Shown here piece by piece: positions 38,672 to 52,480 of a stretch of 64,000 bases of DNA (position 1 is the first letter of the stretch; each line of letters begins with the position of its first letter). The notes beneath the pieces are model-generated. The model was not told where the DNA came from. It saw only the letters and a program-made list of their open reading frames with translations, and did no database searches. The stretch is from Octopus sinensis (Eukaryota), in the NCBI RefSeq assembly GCF_006345805.1, contig NC_043009.1:26040001-26104000 (forward strand). The letters run 5' to 3'. The position numbers were made by a program, and so were the translations under genes.

Positions 38672-39173
38672 GCATACATACATACTTATATAATGGTCCT
38701 CAGCCGTTTAAGTTACTGCTTCCAACTGTGGTCATCTTTTTTCTCTAAGTATCAAATTAATACACACTGTGATTGTCCTTTCACCCGTCTTTGTTCTTTG
38801 TACATTTTCACCCATTTATACATACATACGTACATACATACATGCATATATGCATACATACATAAATAGATACATACATACATACACACATACATACACA
38901 CACACACACACACACACCACATATATATATATAATTTAAACATAGGATGAAATATTTATAAGAAATTGTCAAGTAGTTAGCGTGAAAAATCTCATAACGG
39001 AAAATTTATTAATTATTCCTTTTAAATATATTTATTTAGATTAAGGACATTACTATACATAAATGCCTCACGCTAGGAGGGACTCTTACAGTCAAAAGTT
39101 TTGACTTTTCTAGTTTGAGGTATTTATGTATAGTAATGCTCTTAATATAAAAAATACATACATACATACATGC

Positions 39174-39223
<50 letters not shown>

Positions 39224-39687
39224 ATATATATATATATATATATATAAATATACATGCATACATGTACATACATATACATATATGCACACGCACAAATGTA
39301 TATGTGTGTGTGTGTGTGAGTGCGTGCGTGTGTGTATGTGTGTGTGTGGTGTGTGTGACACAATATCATTACCTGGCCCGCTGTTTTTGTTTGACTCTAC
39401 TTATCCGTCTCCAGTATCTCTCGGTGCCTTGGAAACTCTTAAATAAAAAGTTTTGTATGTATGAATGGGTTCTTGTGACAGAGACACGAAAACATTCTTG
39501 TCAGTGTCTTTGGAAAGAAGTTAGAAGTAAGTCTAACAAACAAATGAGTAAATAACTATATACATAAATAAGTGATTGAATAGAAATTGAATGCAATTGT
39601 AATAAGTAAATATTCTTTTGTCGAATTACGAAAGATACGCATTTTCTTTCATTTTTGCCAATGAAATTAAACATTCACTGTTTCAGG

Positions 39688-40138
39688 TAAGAGTAAAATT
39701 AAAAATGGAAACGTTCACTATCATGAATATAGGAAATAAATGTCTTTTGACTGAGCCAACAAACTTATTTCTTGTTTACATCCGTCCCTTTCAAAGGAAC
39801 CCAATTACAATCGTATTGCAGAGAGTAAGGAAACCTAAAATGGCTAATTTTTTGCTATCTTTTTCTATTGGCAACATTCCAGCACCATTCTTCCGATGGA
39901 ATTCTTCCAAAACTCATTATTAGTTCCCTTTATTCTTCAGAAAAAGCTATTTTCTTCTTCTTCTTCTTCTTCTTCTTCTTCTTCTTCTTCTTCTTCTTCT
40001 TCTTCTTCTTCTTCTTCTTCTTCTTCTTCTTCTTCTTCTTCTTCTTCTTCTTCTTCTTCTTCTTCCTCCACCTTCGCCTCCTCCTCCTCACCACCATCAC
40101 CACCATCATCGTTATTATCATTATTATTATTATTATTA

Positions 40139-40186
<48 letters not shown>

Positions 40187-40887
40187 GACTCTTTACTCAT
40201 TCTGAAACATCAAATTCATTCTCGTCCTTTAAATCGCAATTTAAAAACTTTTTTTTTACCACCAGTAGCGAAGAGCTCCATTTGTACGCAAAAGTAGTTC
40301 AAAATACTTTTCATGTCAGTTAGAATCTGAAAATTATTCTTTCCCACCTCTTCGAACAGTTTAAATTATCTTTCGCACTGCTTACTCTGCCTATTTCATC
40401 TATATTCCTTTAAAACTAATTCTCCTTCGTTTCCTAATCATTAGAAATATATTATACCACGGAGAACTGTTCTTCAATTCCGATTTTGGTTGTGGGTATT
40501 TCACTTCGTTTATATCGCTAATACTATTGAGAAAGGTAAGAATATAATAACTTTCATTTTCCTTTAATGTACGTATCTTAGTTGTGTATTAAATACCGTA
40601 TTAGCTGTATTTTCTTCAAATATTTAAGTTGCCAATCTTCTTAAATTATTGTCATGCCAAAGGAACACCTGTTTCTCGCGTGAACATTAACAGCGACTTT
40701 GTGTCTGTGTATGCTAACTGCATAATTTCTTCATGCTTATATCATGCTTTCTCAAAATTTTTCTTGATGCCTATTTCATGCTTATTACGTGCTTATTTGA
40801 TTCTTGCTACTTTTTTGCTCCAGACTGGACTGTTTTAAAGACACTGAAGTGCAGTCACCACGTGGTGTCAAATTGGGTGACAGATTT
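39688..40887 (+). other. Three candidate spliced exons (about 39688-39825, 40444-40534, 40824-40876/40887); coding status unknown
   Basis: donors GAGA|gtaagg, AAAG|gtaaga, TTT|gtatgt; acceptors ttcctaatcattag and cttttttgctccag; a phase-compatible open frame exists but the peptide is unrecognised. Confidence 0.25.
39953..40185. repeat. (TTC)n then (CAC/ATT)n microsatellites
   Basis: direct reading. Confidence 0.97.
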
Positions 40888-40957
40888 GTATGTGGTTATA
40901 TCGTAGTGTATGATGGAATTCAACTGCCATAAACTTATAAAAATTATATTTAAAATT

Positions 40958-41242
40958 GGCACTCCGTCAGTTGGTCCGATTAAGAGAATAGCCTACTAAT
41001 GAAGTTAACGTGCAATCGTTGAGCACTGCACAGACACATATAGCGTTAATGTAGTTGTCGGGGAGATTCGGCATGGCATAGGATGTGACAAGGCTGGCCA
41101 TTTGAAATACAAGTACTACTCATTTCTGTCATATGAGTGGACAGGATCAACGTGTCTTGCTCACGAAAACAAGGCGCTGCAGGGAACAGAACTAAAGACC
41201 TTTACGATCGTGAGTCGAATACTCTAACCCCTCAGCGCCTTC
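40958..41242 (-). mobile_element. SINE-C, diverged full length
   Basis: homologous to 19570-19890. Confidence 0.85.
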
Positions 41243-41546
41243 AATATTGTATACCATGTCTTATATCTGTATAATTCGATATAAATAACGAAATCTCGTT
41301 TCGAGATAAAAAAAAACGAGATTAAATTTATGAACAATATACACAGCTAAACAGTCAGACTAGATAAAAAATATTATTCCTCATCATTTGTGATCGTTCA
41401 TGGTACTCCGGAGTGTTCTAAAATATAAACACAAGTGTGATGTGTCTCAGGGAGGGCCAGCATCTGGCCATAAAGGCGGGTCCTATTGTTTGTGATGCAA
41501 ATTTTGGCCTAGTTACAGTTCGGAGATCAATATGGGAGGTCATTAA

Positions 41547-41764
41547 CCATTTAGCGTTTAATCTGGCCATATCCGGCCCAAATACACTATGTTTTATGTT
41601 AAAACTGACCAGATCCAGTCTCTCAAACCTGCCCTACAATATCATTCTATAAATATACAAACACACCATTGAAATCTTGGAGCTACAAAATAATGCATGA
41701 TTAATTCAAAACAAAATGGATAAACAGGAATTACATCTAGCAGAGTAACCTGAATGCTAAAGGG
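41547..41764. mobile_element. piggyBac-like MITE
   Basis: TTAA|CCATTTAGC...GCTAAAGGG|TTAG: CCC/GGG-type TIRs with a TTAA-type TSD. Confidence 0.7.
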
Positions 41765-41799
41765 TTAGATACTACAAGAATTTTATTTGTTAGTTGCTC

Positions 41800-41960
41800 A
41801 GCCATAGAGAGGTCGTGGTACATTGATATTTTCCTGAAATGTGTAGGTATTGTATATTGTGAGTTCGAATCCCTTTCGTCGTTTCGGGGTCGATATGATA
41901 GATTAGCAGTAAATTTATTGGAGTCGATGTAAAAGTGTTGCATTCCAGCAAATTCGTTGA
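41800..41960 (-). mobile_element. SINE-D-like fragment
   Basis: TTTCGGGGTCGAT core and GTCGATGTAAAA segment similar to SINE-D. Confidence 0.55.
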
Positions 41961-42466
41961 AAGGTGGTTGTATGTGGAAAGGATTGTCCGAGTGAGTGGG
42001 TCTTCTCTAAGCATGCATCTATAAGTTGAGGAGAGGGCACTTTGCACTAGTAGTCGGGTGACCGTGATTTTGTTTCCTACGAGCAGTCCTCACAAATTTC
42101 CTTCATATATTCCTTTTCCTTGTTTCTGCTATTTTACGTTTTTTTACATGGTTTTAATTTACCCTGTGTCATATTACATATCGCACTATAATGTTCGCTT
42201 GTATTGTAATTGGAAAAAAGAAGGGAAAAAAGGCACCTGTCACAAAAGACAGGGTACCCATGGATTTTATGGGGGGTTTTCCATGAGCAGCTCTCGAATG
42301 TCTCCTTCTTATTGAGGATTAGACACTTGATTTTTTTTTCATTATGTTAATCTTGTTTACACGTAAAACCCTCACAACAACACACACTTACACACATTCT
42401 TTGTTTTGTCCTGTACTGTCCATAATACTTTTCATAATGTAAACCCTTTGTGGTTAATAAAGAAAT

Positions 42467-42470
42467 TATT

Positions 42471-42508
<38 letters not shown>

Positions 42509-42608
42509 TATTATTATTATAATTATTATTATTATTATTATTATCAACATCGTTATTATCATCATCATCATCATCATCATCCTCATCATCATTATTATAT
42601 TATTATTA

Positions 42609-42674
<66 letters not shown>

Positions 42675-43035
42675 CATTATTATCATTATTCATTTGACTC
42701 AAGCTCGGTCTTATTCCTGGCAGTATTTATGTAGGTAGCGTGTTCATACCTGTAACCTTAGGTATCCACAAGCTTTCAATAATCTTTCAAGCCCTAAAAA
42801 CCTGATAATCTTTCCTGTCATTAAGAGGCAAAATTTCTGTAGAAGCTCTACAGGACATTCTATTCCAATCTCCTTCAACCATTTACTTACAATTCTCAAT
42901 GCATTAATTATTACAGGCACAACTCTTACAGCTTTCACACTCCAAATTCTTGCAATTTCAAATTTTAAGGGATTATTATTATCATCATCACTATTATTAT
43001 TATTATCATTATTATTATTATTGTTATTATTATTA

Positions 43036-43123
<88 letters not shown>

Positions 43124-43130
43124 CATGATT
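42467..43130. repeat. (ATT/ATC)n arrays flanking a Dong fragment
   Basis: direct reading 42467-42692 and 42975-43130. Confidence 0.96.
42695..42950 (-). mobile_element. R4/Dong 3'-terminal fragment
   Basis: KAVRVVPVIINALRIVSKWLKEIGIECPVELLQKFCLLMTGKIIR, same family as the 3' part of 5740-5946; (TAA)n on both sides on its own strand. Confidence 0.85.
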
Positions 43131-43304
43131 AATATTATTATACGAAATTTATTACATGCTAATTTAATTAGCAAAGATTTTTATTCTGATGTTTGGTGAC
43201 AACAAGTCTCCTTAAGTCTCAAGAACATTCTTTAATATTCTTGAAGAATAGAAGATGGCACTTTTCCCCTGTAGGTTGACAGTACTTGTCACAATCCAAA
43301 TATC

Positions 43305-43490
43305 CTTCCACCTCCTCCCCTTCTCCTCCTCCTCCTCCTCCTCCTCCTTCTTCTTCTTCTTCTTCTTCTTCTTCATCCTTCTCCTTCTCATCATCATCAT
43401 CACCACCACCACCACCACCACCACCACCACCACCACCACCACCACCACCACCACCACACCATCATCATCATCATCATCATCATCATTATC
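43305..43490. repeat. (CCT)(CTT)(CAT)(CAC) compound array
   Basis: direct reading. Confidence 0.95.
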
Positions 43491-43764
43491 ATCAGTATTT
43501 TACAGTGTAACCTAGCAACCGCATCTCCAGTCTTCCTGACGAGTGGTGTCATCTATTTAGAGTATCAGATAGCCTTGAAAATAAGTCTACTAAAGAATCT
43601 TGTAACTATGTTTGGTAAATAGGATGAAAGAAATTCAATGGTTCCTCCAAAAAGATTCGGAAATTAATCAAAGAGAATGCAAGACATTAAGTGAGAGAAT
43701 GGATTATTATGAAAGAAAGAATATTTCTATGTTACTATGGTATCTGGAGTGACATCAAAGCAAT

Positions 43765-44175
43765 GTATGTATGTATGTATGTATGTATGTATGTATGTAT
43801 GTATGTATGTATGTATGTATGTATGTGTGTGTATATGTATGTATCTATGCATATGTGTATGTGTGTATGTTTCATGTATGCATGTAAATATGTATGTTTG
43901 TATGTATATACGTGTGTATGTATGTACTTACGTAAGGATGTAAGTGTGTGTGTTGCATGCATGAATGTATGTATGTATTATATATGTATGTATGCATATA
44001 ATTATGCATGTATGTGTGTGTTGCATGCATATATGCATGTAAGTATGTATATATGTATGAATGTATGTACGTACGTAAGTATGTATGTGTGTTGCATGCA
44101 TGAATGTATGTATGAATGTACTTACGTACGTAAGTATGTATGTGTGTGTGTGTGTGTGTTGCTTGTATGTATGTA
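43765..44175. repeat. degenerate (TATG)n low-complexity tract
   Basis: direct reading. Confidence 0.95.
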
Positions 44176-45223
44176 TGTGTTCCCTTTCGCTTTTTACTAC
44201 TTGAAGTTTTCCTCTGGTTTCTAAGAAAGATACAAATCTCCATCTTTGGAATGAAGATAACAAAAACAACGTCACATTTTAAACCCGAGAAAAGTTTTGC
44301 ATATTTTTATTGTTCCACTTACAGCATGTATTTGTAATGTGCAAGAGTTGATTTGGTTGATTTCATTTTCTGAAAATCCAATCTTATCCAGACTGAGCTA
44401 AGCATTTACTCACAAAAGTAAGCACACCAATTATTATTGGTATAAAAGTAAATTTGTAATCCGGTTATAGAATGTGGAGGCTTCCATAGTTATCCTCTTT
44501 CTCTTGGATTTTCAAGATGTGTGTTCTCTTCCGTTTTCAGTCATTTGAAATTTTCCTCTGAAAAGGAGCTGGTCGCCAATAAAGATACAAAGATTCGTCG
44601 TTGAAATGTAGATAACAAATTTAGATTTTAAATTTGAAAAATGTCCTTCAACCTTTTACTGATCCCCTTACAGATTTTATTTGTAATCTGCACCTTAGCT
44701 GGTTGATTTCTGTTTAAAAAAAACCATTGCTTACCCACACTGTTAGGCATTTACTCTCAAATTCATGTGCACCAACTATTGGTATAAATGAGATTCTATA
44801 ATTTGAACTGGAGGTTTCGAAGCAGTTGCCAGTAATTACCTCCTTGCGCTTTGATTTTTGAAGGGATATTATGTATGTATGTATGTATGTATGTATGTAT
44901 GTATGTATGTATGTATGTATGTATGTATGTATGTATTATATCCTTATGGATAAACGAATACACTGCAACAGTGTAATAACAATATAGTCGAGGCAAACGG
45001 TAGTAACCACACAGAACATAACAACAATCCTTTAAGAACCAACAACCCAATACGGCTAACTCGAACTGTATGCTTTGAATTCCAACTGAACTATCAGCTC
45101 TCGAACTATGGAACTAGCACGATCTATCCCACTTAATCAAACCGCTACTATTTATATGTAGTAGTCCAGTCCATTCTCGCCAGAGGGCGTCGTACTCTCA
45201 AATAATAGTATGTATGTATGTAC

Positions 45224-45260
<37 letters not shown>

Positions 45261-45261
<1 letters not shown>

Positions 45262-45625
45262 GCTCAGGCTTGGCTGTGTACCAAGACGTTTGCTTTCAAA
45301 CCACATGGTTCCGAGTTCAGCCACACTGCGTGGCAACTTGCACAGATGTCTTCTTCTATAGCCTCGGCCGACCAAAGCTTGTGAATGGATTTGGTAGATG
45401 GAAACTGAAGGAAGCCCGTCGTATATATATATATGTGTGTGCGTGTGTGTTTGTGTGTTGGTATGTTAACATCCCAATAACTTAGCGGTTCTGCAAAGAG
45501 GCTGATAGAATATGCACTAGGCTTAAAACACCTGTACTGAAGTCGATCCGTTCGACTAAAATCCTTCAAAGCGGAGCCCCAGGATGGCCGCAGTCTAATG
45601 ATTGAGACAAGTGAAAGTTAAAAGA
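45261..45625 (+). mobile_element. SINE-A
   Basis: head, CORE-like segment and tail GCAGTCTAATGATTGAGACAAG. Confidence 0.88.
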
Positions 45626-46525
45626 TGTATGTATGTATGTATGTATGTATGTATGCATGTATATATGTATGCATGTATGTATGCATGTGCGCGCGCGTAT
45701 ACACTAAATTTATTGCTAGCGCATACAAGGATGCGCAGATAAAAATTCCATTGCTGCCTGTTTTATTAATCTTCGCAGTGGTCCCTTGTAGATCCTAATC
45801 GCGAGGCGTGCCAACACACCATTCCCATGTCTGCCGTCTCCTCCGATAACGCACTCTGGGTTGTCCTTGGGAAAAACCTGGAACAACAATATCTAACCCA
45901 GTAAAACTAGAAAAAAACACATCCGATTCTAAAAGTTCTATCATTAAAGCCATAAAGATTAAAATTAGGATTACATCGTCCCCATTATTTTTTGTATCCA
46001 ATTATTTGTCCAATAAACTCAACATTATATAATAGTAAAACAATTAGTTCTTTATTCATATATTGGTTGTTAATTTTAATTTTAATTTCCTGAGATCTTC
46101 CTAATCAAATGGCCAAATTATAATTAATTAAAAATATAATAATTACTCTCTTTAAAACTGTTAATTCACATCATAATGTCTGTTACTGTACATCCATTCT
46201 GCTCTTTAAGGATCTCTTTGGTTTATGTTCGTTCACTGAGTTATATATAAAACCAACTTTAACTATAGAACCTAAACTAATCGTATTCTAGAATTTACCA
46301 TCGCTATATTTTTAATGGATTGTTTGATCATGCGTCTGTTTCGTGTCAGACAATACTGCGCTGTTTTTTTTTTCATCTTCAGAGACGCTTACGAGTTTCC
46401 ATTTATTGTGAATACTATCTTTCTCTTTGTTCTTTTCTTCATCCGTTTCCTTCGGCACTCTGACCCTTTGCGAACAGCTACTTGATTCGCCTATTATTTT
46501 TCTTAATTCTAATACTCCGTATAGA

Positions 46526-46561
<36 letters not shown>

Positions 46562-46616
46562 CCACACAAACAGGCATACATATGTATATACATACATACA
46601 GATATATATATACTAT

Positions 46617-46649
<33 letters not shown>

Positions 46650-46678
46650 CTATATATATATATATACATATATATATG

Positions 46679-46728
<50 letters not shown>

Positions 46729-46881
46729 GTAATCCATAATTTGTTCTCTTTACCTGCGTGGATTGTTGAGTATTGCTTATAGTGGTAAAATAGTTAGTTT
46801 TAACTGTTATTTCTAAATTTCGGTATGTGGTGAAGAAAATTTTTGCTGAACCCTAATTATAATAATACTCAAAATTATACG

Positions 46882-46935
<54 letters not shown>

Positions 46936-46974
46936 AATATATATATATGTACATATATATATATGTGTGTGTAC

Positions 46975-47039
<65 letters not shown>

Positions 47040-47059
<20 letters not shown>

Positions 47060-47418
47060 ATACATACACACAACTGTCACTCCGTCGCTCATGACGAAGT
47101 GGCTTCCAGTTGATCAAATCAACGGAACAGCCTGCTCGTGAAATTAACATGCAAGTGGCTGAGCACTCCACAGACAAGTGTATCCTTAATCTGGTTCTCA
47201 GGGAGATTCAGCGTGACACAGATTGTGAGGAGGCTGACCCTTTTGAATTAAGGGTGCAACTCACTATTACCAGCTGAGTGGACTGGGGCAATGTGAAACA
47301 AAGTCTCTCTTGCTCAAGGATGCAACACGCCACTGTAAATCGAACTTGCAACCTTACGATCATCAGCAAAATACTCTGACCACTAGGATCATAAGCAGAA
47401 TACTCTAACACAGACACA

Positions 47419-47481
<63 letters not shown>

Positions 47482-47759
47482 ACATAAACACACATACACA
47501 CATGCACACGTTTATATACCAGTGTATCGACTGGACTATCGAATGTTGATGTACACTGCTGGTCACAATGCGGTTCCCCGCATATGGTTACCTATCTACC
47601 AACCTACCTTCCTACCTTCCTTTCTACCTACCTACCTACCTACTTACCTACCTACCGGCCTACGTACCTACCTCTACATACATACATACATACATACATA
47701 CATACATACATACATACATACAAACATACATGCATACATTCATATATATATATAATATA

Positions 47760-47810
<51 letters not shown>

Positions 47811-48524
47811 ATATGTGTGTGTGTGTGTATACATACACACAACTGTCACTCCGTCGCTCATGACGAAGTGGCTTCCAGTTGATCAAATCAACGGAACAGC
47901 CTGCTCGTGAAATTAACATGCAAGTGGCTGAGCACTCCACAGACAAGTGTATCCTTAATCTGGTTCTCAGGGAGATTCAGCGTGACACAGATTGTGAGGA
48001 GGCTGACCCTTTTGAATTAAGGGTGCAACTCACTATTACCAGCTGAGTGGACTGGGGCAATGTGAAACAAAGTCTCTCTTGCTCAAGGATGCAACACGCC
48101 ACTGTAAATCGAACTTGCAACCTTACGATCATCAGCAAAATACTCTGACCACTAGGATCATAAGCAGAATACTCTAACACAGACACACAACACACACACA
48201 CACACACACACACACACCACACACACACACACACACACAACACACACATAAACACACATACACACATGCACACGTTTATATACCAGTGTATCGACTGGAC
48301 TATCGAATGTTGATGTACACTGCTGGTCACAATGCGGTTCCCCGCATATGGTTACCTATCTACCACCTACCTTCCTACCTTCCTTTCTACCTACCTACCT
48401 ACCTACTTACCTACCTACCGGCCTACGTACCTACCTCTACATACATACATACATACATACATACATACATACATACATACATACAAACATACATGCATAC
48501 ATTCATATATATATATATAATATA

Positions 48525-48556
<32 letters not shown>

Positions 48557-48560
48557 GTAG
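47040..48560. repeat. Tandem duplication of about 770 bp, each unit containing a minus-strand SINE-C (about 47085-47400 and 47865-48180)
   Basis: unique portions essentially identical, differing mostly in microsatellite length; units bounded by (TA)n. Confidence 0.9.
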
Positions 48561-48625
48561 GTCCCGGGTTGATTCGGGGTTAACCACAGTAAATAAGGTA
48601 CTCAATACATAGCAGAGTAAAATTA

Positions 48626-48690
48626 ATTTATTATATAGAAGGAGCTTCTACAGGACTAAGTTCTAGTCCTGTAGAAGCTCCTTCTATATA

Positions 48691-48696
<6 letters not shown>
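48626..48696. repeat. Perfect 33-bp inverted repeat with 5-nt loop
   Basis: ATTTATTATATAGAAGGAGCTTCTACAGGACTA-AGTTC-TAGTCCTGTAGAAGCTCCTTCTATATAATAAAT. Confidence 0.95.
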
Positions 48697-48730
<34 letters not shown>

Positions 48731-48744
48731 ATTTTAATGTAAAA

Positions 48745-49150
48745 TATTTCAACTTCAAAGCTGCGTTCATGCTGGAGCACCACCGTTGATTGTGCTATAC
48801 CATTATTTGAAACCTCCTCTGATTTGTGGCCTTTGGTCAATGAGGGAGTTCGATGTAGCTGCCCTCATCTGTGTTTCTTGCCTTGAGGTAGGCTTGTTTG
48901 GAGCCTGTAACAGGAAGAGACCCAGTGTTGTTTTAAATACACTTACATCAATACCATGCAGGTCTCCAGGCGTTTTGGAAGGATATTAAAGAGCTGTGGG
49001 CCTTTGAAGCCCAAACTGTTGTAGTATCTGGTCCTGTATTTTGATGGCGATTCTGGGATCTTTGGCACTATGCAGTGGCACCCCGTTCTGCAGTGTGTGT
49101 AACTTTCAATGCCATAGTTTGGTATGACGCCTTCTAGGATTTTCCAGATG
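48745..49150 (-). mobile_element. CR1-type LINE 3' end
   Basis: YIWKILEGVIPNYGI...TGCHCIVPKIP...YYNSLGFKGPQLFNILPKRL; 3'UTR GGTGGTGCTCCAGCATGAACGCAGC. Confidence 0.85.
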
Positions 49151-49201
49151 TACACACACACACACACACACACCACACACACACACATACACACACATAC
49201 A

Positions 49202-49249
<48 letters not shown>

Positions 49250-49652
49250 CACACACAAAGTCGCAGCGACTGCGAAGTTTCAGCAAGTTCAGCTTTGTCA
49301 GTTTGACCAAGGTAAGCAAGCCGGAATTTTCAGACCACTGATATATATATATTACAAAATATGTTAAACAACCAAAATCTAAATTTTTCATCCGCAGTTC
49401 TATCTTTTGGAATGTCTCAATTTTCTTCGATAAAATCAAGTTGTCTAAAAGCTGTATTTAATTTCAAGACTAATCGTTGGTCTTCCTCTTTCTTTCAACA
49501 CTGACGTAATTTCATTTGCTTATCTTTTGTTCAATTAGACAAAACCAGCTTTCGATCGTAACTTTGACATCATTTGCTGATTGTACGTTGATGCGTAGGA
49601 AGATTTCATACATTGCTTTCTTGTTACTGACGGTGGCTTCTCAAAAACTTAC

Positions 49653-49705
49653 CTAACCACTTGCGACATAATTCAATCTCTTGTTCATGAGTTTTAAATC
49701 TTTGC
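49653..49705 (-). CDS. Candidate micro-exon, phase 2 to 1
   Basis: ttttggttag|G...GGTTAG|gtaagt; only open frame QRFKTHEQEIELCRKWL; phase-compatible with exon 36618-36464. Confidence 0.25.
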
Positions 49706-51494
49706 CTAACCAAAACATCATAAAATTTTACTAAACATCCATGCTCTTTTCAGACTTTTAGTTAACCTGTGCTTCTTCATATCTTCTGGGTTAATAAAAA
49801 ATTGATTTCTTTTCATAAGTCTCTAGTCACTGTGGTGATTGAAGAAAAGAAAACAAAAACTGTGATATTTATTATATATGTGTGGATGACAGGGAAGCAT
49901 TTTTATAAGTTTGCCCTAAACATCCACGCTTATTTTCATACTTTTTGGTTAGCCCTTGTCTCATACGTTTTGAGTAATACATAACTTTCTTTTCATCAGT
50001 TATAAGTTATTCGAACAATATATTTATTGAAATGGTCTATTCAAATCCAATTAGCTGTACTAAACTATCTCAAAGTTCGTAAAACACTAATAACTATATC
50101 TCTTTATTCTTTTTATGCCTTAACAATCGCTTGCTAAACGCCTTTCCCATTTTCCAGCATGCAAATCGAATTTTCAGACTAAAATCTACAACCAAAAACG
50201 TTGTCCGACTTGTACACCAAGACTGCTCTGCAGGACCAAAATCTCCAATTGGGATGCAGCGGAATTTAGAAAGTTAACGACTATATTTGAATGTCTACAC
50301 TCCATGTTTACTCTATATACTACTACGACTTGTATGATGACAAATATGGTATATTATTTAAACTCAGTTACAAAAATCTTTTTAGTATTTTTTTTTCTAC
50401 ATAATTTCCTCTTTCGAAAAACCTGAAATCTTTCTCACATGAAATATTTCTGCTGTTAGCAGATAGTACAAGTTATTTGATAGTTTAATTCCTTTTTAAA
50501 CAACTTGATAAATGCATTTTAATTTTTTTTCCTTCATTAGGACAAATTCATAAACTACTTAAGTTAATACAGATTTAACTAAAACTACTGAAAGAAACAG
50601 CTTCAGGCTTCATATTTTCATTCTTAAAAGTAAAAACACATACACATTCATACAAAAGAAAAACCTAAAGAGTTAAACATTGATTATGAATATACTAAAA
50701 TATTATTAGTAATAATATTTGTATTTTCCTTACACATATATTTGTTGATGAGAGGAAAGCCACAGGAGAAAATGCTTGAAGCAAGAGCTGACGGATTCCG
50801 ATTAAGTTTTTGACATGTCATATTTGGTTACTATAGAATTTATATGTTCCACAGAGCCGCAATTTTATGAAGATAAATTGTTTGAATAATGTCTTATTCG
50901 ACAAGAAACCTAAGCATCAAGGTTTCAAATCTTTTCAACAGCGCTGTACTTCATCTATCGACAAGACGCTATCAATCATGGAAGTCAAATAACCATAGCC
51001 ATCCGTTACAAACGAATATAGTCTGGTAGCAGGTCCCAGATCATGTTACTATGTATTATTCTAATTTTATTGCGAGCCTATATATTATAGTCGCAAGCAG
51101 ATATAAACACCCTCGCATCCCTGCCAAACTTGACTAAGAAAAACAAGAATGGAGAGAACGGACTGCATCATTATCCGGCAGAAACTCGTCTTAATTTCAT
51201 TACACTAAAACAACCTGAAATGAAGTACCTTGCCCAAGGAAACAAAACGATGCACAGTCAAGGAACCCAACTCACAAGCTAATGATTGTGAGGCTAATAC
51301 TGTAACAGCGAGCCTACACTCCCATTGAAGTCCATTTAGCTAGAAATAAGTACTGCAGAGTTTAAGCAACTTATGATTTATTAACACGCAAGCCTGAGTT
51401 AAGTTTTCTTCCGGTGGATGTCTTTTGGGGGGAATATTGAAGTCTTTCAAGAGTATTTGTCCATACGACGTGTAGTAGATGTCTTCATTAGTGT

Positions 51495-51820
51495 GAAGGC
51501 ACGTGAGACTCAGTGGTTAGGCATTTGGCTCACGATCGTAAGGCTGTGGGTTCGATTCTCAGGGAAATGTTTTGTCGTTGAGCAAGATAGTTTATTTCAC
51601 ATTGCTCTAGTCCGTTCAGTTGTCAAAAAGGAGTCGTCGCCCTATATGCCAACGGTTAAGCCTCGTCACCTATGTCACACTAAATCTCCTTGTAAACTAT
51701 GTTAAGTATAGGCGTGTCTGTGGAGTGCTCAGCCACTTGTAGGTTAATTTCAAGAGCAAATTGTTCCCTTGATCGGATCAACCAGAACGTCCATCGTCGT
51801 AACCAACGGAACGCCAGTTT
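51495..51820 (+). mobile_element. SINE-C, diverged full length
   Basis: GAAGGCACGTGAGACTCAGTGG head, GGTTCGATTCTC B box, tail CGTCGTAACCAACGGAACGCC. Confidence 0.82.
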
Positions 51821-52104
51821 TCATTGGCGGTCCTATGATCTTTAAATATATTGCAGGACTGACCACCGTAATCAATGTTATTCACAAGTATTGATCTGTG
51901 TCAATAACAAGGACGCATAATAATCACTGGCATGCCCTTCTCAGTTATGAATCGATACAGTGCCTCAAGCAGGCTGAACGAGCAGAGTGACATATATTTA
52001 ACGAATTTGTTTTTCATCAACTTCTAGCAATTTGTTTAAACGTCACTCTGGGTTCACTGCACCATAAAAAAATCAAGTTCTTCAATGATGGACCAATGAA
52101 ATTA

Positions 52105-52480
52105 TACAAGGTGGTAAGAGGCTGGCTGCCAAACCACAAAGTTCCGCGTTCAGTGCCTCTGCAGGGTAGCTTGAGCAAGTGTCTTCTTCTATAGTCTCAG
52201 TTGATCAAAACCTTGTGAGTACATTTGGTAGATGTATGTGTGTGTATGCGTGTGTGCGTGTATGTGTGTTTGTTTGTATCTGTGTTTGTTCCCCAACACC
52301 GCTTGATAACTGGTATTGTCGTGTTTACGTCCCCATAACTTAGCGGCAAAAGAGATCGATAAAATAAGTACCAGGCTTAGAAAAATAAAGTGCCGGGACC
52401 GATTCATTTAGCTAAAGACTCTTCAAGGCGGTGCCCCTCCAGGACCGCAGCCTAATGGCTGAAAAAATTAAAAGATAAAG
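52105..52480 (+). mobile_element. SINE-A
   Basis: CORE-like TTGAGCAAGTGTCTTC, internal (TG)n and tail. Confidence 0.85.
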
